Assembly (NCBI GenBank): GCA_965221125.1
Contig: CBDCRW010000006.1
Location: 160,001 to 224,000, forward strand
Reading direction: 5' to 3'
DNA from: Alphaproteobacteria bacterium
Lineage (GTDB): Bacteria; Pseudomonadota; Alphaproteobacteria; UBA828
Length of the DNA: 64,000 nt
Shown: piece after piece, positions 60,301 to 64,000 of the stretch
Layout: each line of letters starts with the position of its first letter
How positions within the stretch are numbered: the first letter of the stretch is position 1
Notes under the pieces: model-generated
What the model was told of the DNA's origin: nothing
Database searches by the model: none
Seen by the model: the letters and a program-made list of their open reading frames with translations, nothing else
Made by a program: the position numbers and the translations under genes

Positions 60301-60798
60301 GAGCGCGGCCTCATCCTGCACAAGCTGATCGAAGAGGTGCTCACGGGGGAGACCGTGGAGAACCTGCCGGATCTACGCGCCCGCGCCGAGGATCTGATCC
60401 GCGCCCTCGGCCAGCCCGTGATGGACGATCCGGCACAGGGGCTCGCGCCAGCTGAGCTCGCCGAAGGTGTGGTTCGTGCGCTCTCCCTTCCCGAAGTAGC
60501 CTCCCTCAGGCCGAGACTGGTGCCGGAGTTCGCGGCCTATGCGTCAGCCGATATGGGTGCGCATGAAGAGGCGACGGCCGGCATCGTCGACGCCATCGCT
60601 TTCGACGCGGACGGCACGCCGGAAGTAGTGATCGACTGGAAGAGCGACGTCGACCCCGCGCCCGAGACCGTCGCGCCTTACCGCGCCCAGGTTCACGCCT
60701 ACGTCGAGATGACGGGCGCGGAGCGCGGCTTGGTTGTCTTCATGACGTCGGGAGTCGTCGACCTGATCATGCGAAAAGACGGAGGCTCTGGGCATTGA
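57394..60798 (+). CDS. AddA/RexA-like UvrD helicase with C-terminal nuclease
   Basis: 'VEAGAGSGKT', 'VTFT', 'STIHGF', 'VDEFQDT', 'VGDPKQAIYRFRGAD', 'TMHAAKGLEW', 'YVA.TRAR', 'G.VD...IDWKS'. Confidence 0.9.
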   Translation: MANGRLALSDDAARREAVTVRDRSLLVEAGAGSGKTAVLAGRIAMLLAAGVAPKSIAAVTFTEFAASELLIRVRAFVSALAAGDIPVELRSALPDGLSEEQRRNLAQADAALDEMTCSTIHGFCQRLITPYPVEADIDPGASVMDRDQAELAFAEIVDNWLREELASEEGGLLAELVLHDPDATIALIRTVLEHLRRHREFAPYELQDLDRLAAGFRDAADGFATFLDEAEAEEPETVAIAGHFQELAGEVAAALPVDTPAALVALLVMAPHPDLCTGSGAFRAYQKKGKWVAAARPAGLAKADAERLNDAASAHYALCRSTWSVLQQAVATHVLAGLVPLVEPVMDLFREHKRAAALLDFDDLIFSARDLLRDHDDVRRALSARFRHVLVDEFQDTDPLQTEIFWRLCGDPPGDGDSDDWTAFALRPGALFLVGDPKQAIYRFRGADIAAYVRAREAFRAGAADAVLSIATNFRSRAPIMEYVNARFETALSEEKGQPGFQALDPFRPPRDGGPSVAALDVAVADEDGKANAQQQRDGEAEAVAELCVRLIGSEPVPDPANGGLRPCRAGDIALLAPTGNDLWRYEEALEERGIPVATQAGKGLYRRQEIQDLIAVTRVLADRRDTLALGALLRGPLVGLTEEELLDIVWSLPREDDAPNDLPRLDLGVAPDAIANPLARDIVGKLQVLQRGANATTPHGLLSQAVDVLRVRPILLRRHRGQAERALANVDLYLGFSRAYAVRGLRAFAETMTAAWSDEARAVEGRPDAQEEAVALYTMHAAKGLEWPIVVPINTMTRVMAAESAVTDRATGRFHCRVFGVEPTGYEAARKDERAELDRERVRLWYVANTRARELLVLPRLDVDAARTAWLSVVDLDLPRLPALDLDRLPAEVGTGEPVTENEQTREVFAAEAAAIAERTRIIVWRTPSRDEGAAHPVPMEETPTILVTDGDGAPADGAGATPIQGGRERGLILHKLIEEVLTGETVENLPDLRARAEDLIRALGQPVMDDPAQGLAPAELAEGVVRALSLPEVASLRPRLVPEFAAYASADMGAHEEATAGIVDAIAFDADGTPEVVIDWKSDVDPAPETVAPYRAQVHAYVEMTGAERGLVVFMTSGVVDLIMRKDGGSGH

Positions 60799-60859
60799 GC
60801 CCGAACGCCCCAAAGCAGCGTCCAGATTCCAGTCAGAGTCTCAAGCTCGGTCAGAACGA

Positions 60860-60977
60860 GCGAACTCTCTTCAGGTGTGCTGGCGACCTGCGCCTCGGTC
60901 ACGATCTTGCCCTTCTCGCCGACCACGCAGATGGTCGTGCTTGCCAGCGATACATCCAGCCCGATATGGACAGCCAT
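60860..60977 (-). pseudogene. IS110-family transposase N-terminal stub
   Basis: 'IGLDVSLASTTICVV..KGKIV.EA.VAS.PE' DEDD N-terminus, then similarity is lost. Confidence 0.75.
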
Positions 60978-61349
60978 GTCGTTGCCCTTTCCTCTCGAAG
61001 GATTGGCGCGCCTTCCGGCAAGACCCCGTGAGCACGCTGAGCGTGCAAGGGCAACGACACCCGATTCGCCGTCATCGGGACAGGCTCCGATGGCGCCAAT
61101 TGGCGCCGAGCCCCATTACGGCATCTGAATATAGTAACCCTGCTTTGAGGGGTGTAGGTCTGGCATGGCGATCGTAGCTCACTGTTTAGTGGGATTGAGG
61201 GTTGGCTGCAGACAGCCAAAACCGGGCTTTCGTTGTTGTCCTCGGAAGTGCAAACGACATCTTGACCCTCCAGAATCGTACGCGTTCAATGGATTACTTG
61301 AAATGCCGAGCAGTTCCCCACAAGCCGACAGGATCAGCGGGAGGTTGAG

Positions 61350-62306
61350 ATGCCCCGACAGCGACATCATTTCCAAAAAGGTTCCGTGATCAAGAAACAG
61401 TACAAAATATTGCGCAAAGTTGGCTCCGGCGGTTTTGGCGTCGTCTACCAAGCCCGCGATATGAGGTTGCGCCGTGACGTCGCCATCAAGGCGTTAACCC
61501 ACCACGACGACGTCTCGAAAGAGCGATTTGGACAAGAAGCGCGCAAGTTGGCGCGGATCAAAAACCAATACGTGGTTTCAGTATACAATCGTGGAAAGCA
61601 CAAAGATGTACCCTACTTTGTAATGGAATTTGTTCGGTACTCTCTAGCCGATCTACTGGAATGCGACTATCGCGATAGTCCGGTGGAATCTGAACTTGCA
61701 ATTAGGATACTCAGGCAGACGCTTGAAGGGTTGACAAAAGTCCATGATCAGGGCTGGACCCATCGTGACATCAAACCCGAGAACATCCTCCTCACAGACG
61801 ACGACGAAGTCAGATTGGCAGACTTCGGCTTGATAAAGGATACTGATGTGTCCCTAACTGAGAAGGGCGCGATCATGGGCACACTGAAATGGATGGCCCC
61901 CGAACAGCGAAAAGGCCTCGAGGTCTCTGAGCGCACAGACATATATGCCTTCGGACTCGTTGCTTTCCGGACGATCTCCGGGGAACACTACCCTTGCAGC
62001 AGTTCCGAGTTGTCCCTGTTCACTGATAGGCGAACTGCTCGGTTAGTTTCGAGTTGTTTGGAGGAACGGCCTTCTGACCGCCCCGAGGACGCGCAAGCCG
62101 TACTGCAGGATTGGAATGAGATCCAAGGGAAAATTCGGCAGCGACCACGGATTCGTGGGGACGCCTTGGTCGGAAATGTCAGGTCTAGAGTCGAACGCGA
62201 GTATGGCCTTCCGGAGGGTTCGGTAAAGTTGGTCTATCCGAGCTCCACGCGAGCGGTTCGTGCCAATGTCAAGGTCTCGAGAGTCCGCGAAAAGTGGGAG
62301 GCGTGA
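61350..62306 (+). CDS. Hanks-type Ser/Thr protein kinase with small C-terminal domain
   Basis: GSGGFGVVY, VAIK, HRDIKPEN, DFG, 'GT..WMAPE', DIYAFG. Confidence 0.92.
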   Translation: MPRQRHHFQKGSVIKKQYKILRKVGSGGFGVVYQARDMRLRRDVAIKALTHHDDVSKERFGQEARKLARIKNQYVVSVYNRGKHKDVPYFVMEFVRYSLADLLECDYRDSPVESELAIRILRQTLEGLTKVHDQGWTHRDIKPENILLTDDDEVRLADFGLIKDTDVSLTEKGAIMGTLKWMAPEQRKGLEVSERTDIYAFGLVAFRTISGEHYPCSSSELSLFTDRRTARLVSSCLEERPSDRPEDAQAVLQDWNEIQGKIRQRPRIRGDALVGNVRSRVEREYGLPEGSVKLVYPSSTRAVRANVKVSRVREKWEA

Positions 62307-62310
62307 TGGG

Positions 62311-62390
62311 GCCGGGTAGGAGGGGTCGTTGCCGAGCCTCTCCCCCCACAGATCCGGACGTGCCCACACTAGGGCATCCGGTTCCTCGCA
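62311..62390 (-). ncRNA. Group II intron 3' remnant (domains V and VI)
   Basis: Minus strand GAACCGGATGCCC-TAGTGT-GGGC-AC-GTCCGGATC (D5 with 2-nt bulge), then TGTGGGGGGAGAGGCTCGGCAACGACCCCTCCTACCCGGC (D6 with bulged A). Confidence 0.75.
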
Positions 62391-62404
62391 TGGCAGGTTC
62401 GCTC

Positions 62405-62562
62405 AAGCCTGTTCGGCCATCGGGCCTCTCTTCCCCGTCTTCGGCGAGTGCGCAGGCGATCACGAAGGGGGAGTTGTTCATGCCTGCCGAGAGGGCCCGC
62501 TCGGTGATCTCCGCCCATTCGGCCGGGCTGCAATAGAAGCTGCGGCGCCGGGCGCGGATCAT
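62405..62562 (-). pseudogene. RHH/MobC-like gene, apparently 3'-truncated by the intron remnant
   Basis: 'RRRSFYCSPAEWAEITERALSAGMNNSPFVIACALAED', paralogous to 23043-23354. Confidence 0.55.
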
Positions 62563-62921
62563 GACGGGGCATCGCCGGCGACCGGCCGCTCTGCGCGCAG
62601 TCTCAGGCCGACCCTGCGGGCTGCGGCCTCCCAGCCTTCCTCTTCGCCGCGCTCGGCGAGGCGTTGCCGCTCGACCTCGGCGAGCACCAGCACTGCGGTC
62701 TCGATGCGCTCCAGCCTAGCGAACACGGCCTCCGGGGCGAGACCCGGCGGCGGCGACCGCTCGGGTCCCGCCGCACGCTGGCAGATGAAGCGCGACATGG
62801 GCATGCCGGCGGCGGCCTCGGCGCGTTCGTTGATGCGCTGCCACTCGGTGTCGGTGGCGGTCACGGTTCGCGGGTACCGTCTGTGGTCCTGTGCGCCTTC
62901 CATAGCGTGTTCCGGTACCAC
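62559..62921 (-). CDS. RHH/MobC-like protein
   Basis: 'RTVTATDTEWQRINERAEAAAGMPMSRFI' and 'LAEVERQRL..RGEEEGWE', paralogous to 22675-23046. Confidence 0.65.
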   Translation of the reverse strand: MVPEHAMEGAQDHRRYPRTVTATDTEWQRINERAEAAAGMPMSRFICQRAAGPERSPPPGLAPEAVFARLERIETAVLVLAEVERQRLAERGEEEGWEAAARRVGLRLRAERPVAGDAPS

Positions 62922-63089
62922 TTCCCCAGATGCAACTATCGAACTCTATCAAGCGCCCCTCCGACCATGAATAAATCCCCAAAATGTGTCTTGCGATGCT
63001 ACCCAACCCCCTGTATATTCTCCCCAATCACAGGAGGAAAACAACCGTACGCAAGAGCGTATGCAACGCTTAGGTCACGTCTCGTGTTT

Positions 63090-63115
63090 CCACACCCCAC
63101 GCATCGGTGATGCGT
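63090..63115 (-). other. Putative MOBF origin of transfer (oriT), predicted nic between 63092 and 63091
   Basis: Minus strand ACGCATC-ACC-GATGCGT-GGGGTGT^GG: hairpin followed by the F-plasmid nic core TGCGTGGGGTGT^GG; upstream of RHH genes. Confidence 0.7.
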
Positions 63116-63281
63116 CCGAAACCCGGCGGCCCGTGTCTATTGATGCGAAATAACTCTATGCTTTACAAAGGGTTACGCTCTACAGAGACAACTCCCTTCG
63201 ACTCCATCTTACCCTTCATCCGTCCCCTGCTCAGGACACGACGCCAATACACTTCGAAGTCGAGTGCATCAACTGTTCCCG

Positions 63282-64000
63282 CTATTGGCCACCCTCCAAA
63301 TCCTCAATCACTTTCCTCAAGGCCTCCAGCGACTCCTCAGTCGGTAGTTCCGCCTTTCGCCCTTCCTTCACCAATTCGGCTGGCATCACATCCAAGTTGA
63401 TCCGAACAATCAATCCAACATTGTTCTTGTCAGCATCACTTTCCTCGATGTCTTCCCAGTCTTCCTCTAGAAAGGCCTCATAGCTCCCATCCGCGTCCAA
63501 ATGTGCTCCAATCTTCCTGGCAAGGTCCCTCGGCAGATAGCCGATCCTGTGTTCCTTGCAAGAGACCGCTACGGAAATCGACTCCTTCTCGTCCGAGGGT
63601 TCCGTCACCAGAGCTATTGGATCATCCATGCCGCAGCCATCAAGGTTATCGAGGTAGTGAGACGCCCCGTCCACATATGTCACCACTTCGGCAAAGGGAA
63701 CATCCGCATCCTCGTAAATGTCGACTTCATATTCTTGTTCATGTTCGTCATCTTCGAATGTGCTTCCCTGCCCCAGCTCAAATATAATCCCCGCCTCCAC
63801 CCTCCTTTTTTTCTTCTTAGCGCTACGAGAAGGTGACTTTGCACTAGACATTATTTCCGATTCTCCTATACCTAAAAGTTCGTAAAAATCAGACTCCGAA
63901 AGAATGGCTATTCCAACCCCTTTGCCGATCAGTGCTTCAATTTTGCGATGATTCGAACTCTTTTCATATCCTTTTAATTTACTTTCATCTTGTGCCCCTA
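63282..64000 (-). CDS. BRCT-HIRAN protein, 5' end outside window
   Basis: Frame open from the window edge: 'GAQDESKLKGYEKSSNHRKIEALIGKG..IAILSESDF' (BRCT end) continues in frame into 'V.GASHY...LV.EP......VAV....RIGYLPR' (HIRAN). Confidence 0.7.
   Translation of the reverse strand, partial: GAQDESKLKGYEKSSNHRKIEALIGKGVGIAILSESDFYELLGIGESEIMSSAKSPSRSAKKKKRRVEAGIIFELGQGSTFEDDEHEQEYEVDIYEDADVPFAEVVTYVDGASHYLDNLDGCGMDDPIALVTEPSDEKESISVAVSCKEHRIGYLPRDLARKIGAHLDADGSYEAFLEEDWEDIEESDADKNNVGLIVRINLDVMPAELVKEGRKAELPTEESLEALRKVIEDLEGGQ

Larger units (their letters stand above)
22281..63200. mobile_element. Mosaic mobilizable genomic island / defence island (MOBF); right boundary uncertain and may extend beyond the window
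   Basis: Truncated host gene at left; RHH genes plus relaxase; IS/transposons; lower-GC restriction/defence-like cargo; second RHH pair and oriT at right. Confidence 0.7.

Overview
The window has two parts. (1) 1-22.3 kb is very GC-rich, probably proteobacterial, chromosomal catabolic DNA. It holds two tandem sets of Liv-type ABC transporter genes, a Pyr2C-reductase/trans-3-hydroxyproline-dehydratase pair, and an organosulfonate cluster: SauS-like acylating aldehyde dehydrogenase, a succinyl-CoA-synthetase-like alpha/beta ligase and citrate synthase, converging on tauABC-xsc-pta, with a divergent LacI regulator and three visible operators. (2) From 22.28 kb, where a PhyH-family dioxygenase is cut off at a 44-bp tandem repeat, to the end is a mosaic mobilizable/defence island. 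It contains three RHH/MobC-like genes and a 1603-aa MOBF relaxase-helicase; an EEP nuclease gene split by a 6.1-kb TGT...ACA Mu/Tn7-like transposon (5-bp TSD, itself hit by an IS256 with an 8-bp TSD); and a decayed integrase. Three candidate defence operons follow: C5-MTase/NurA-fusion/HerA/Vsr; unknown/PLD/SNF2-helicase; and double-AAA/WYL/Cys-peptidase/AddB-like/AddA-like. The right end has an IS110 stub, a Ser/Thr kinase, an orphan group II intron D5-D6, two more RHH genes, an F-type oriT and a BRCT-HIRAN gene running off the edge. All calls come from reading motifs by eye; no database searches were run.
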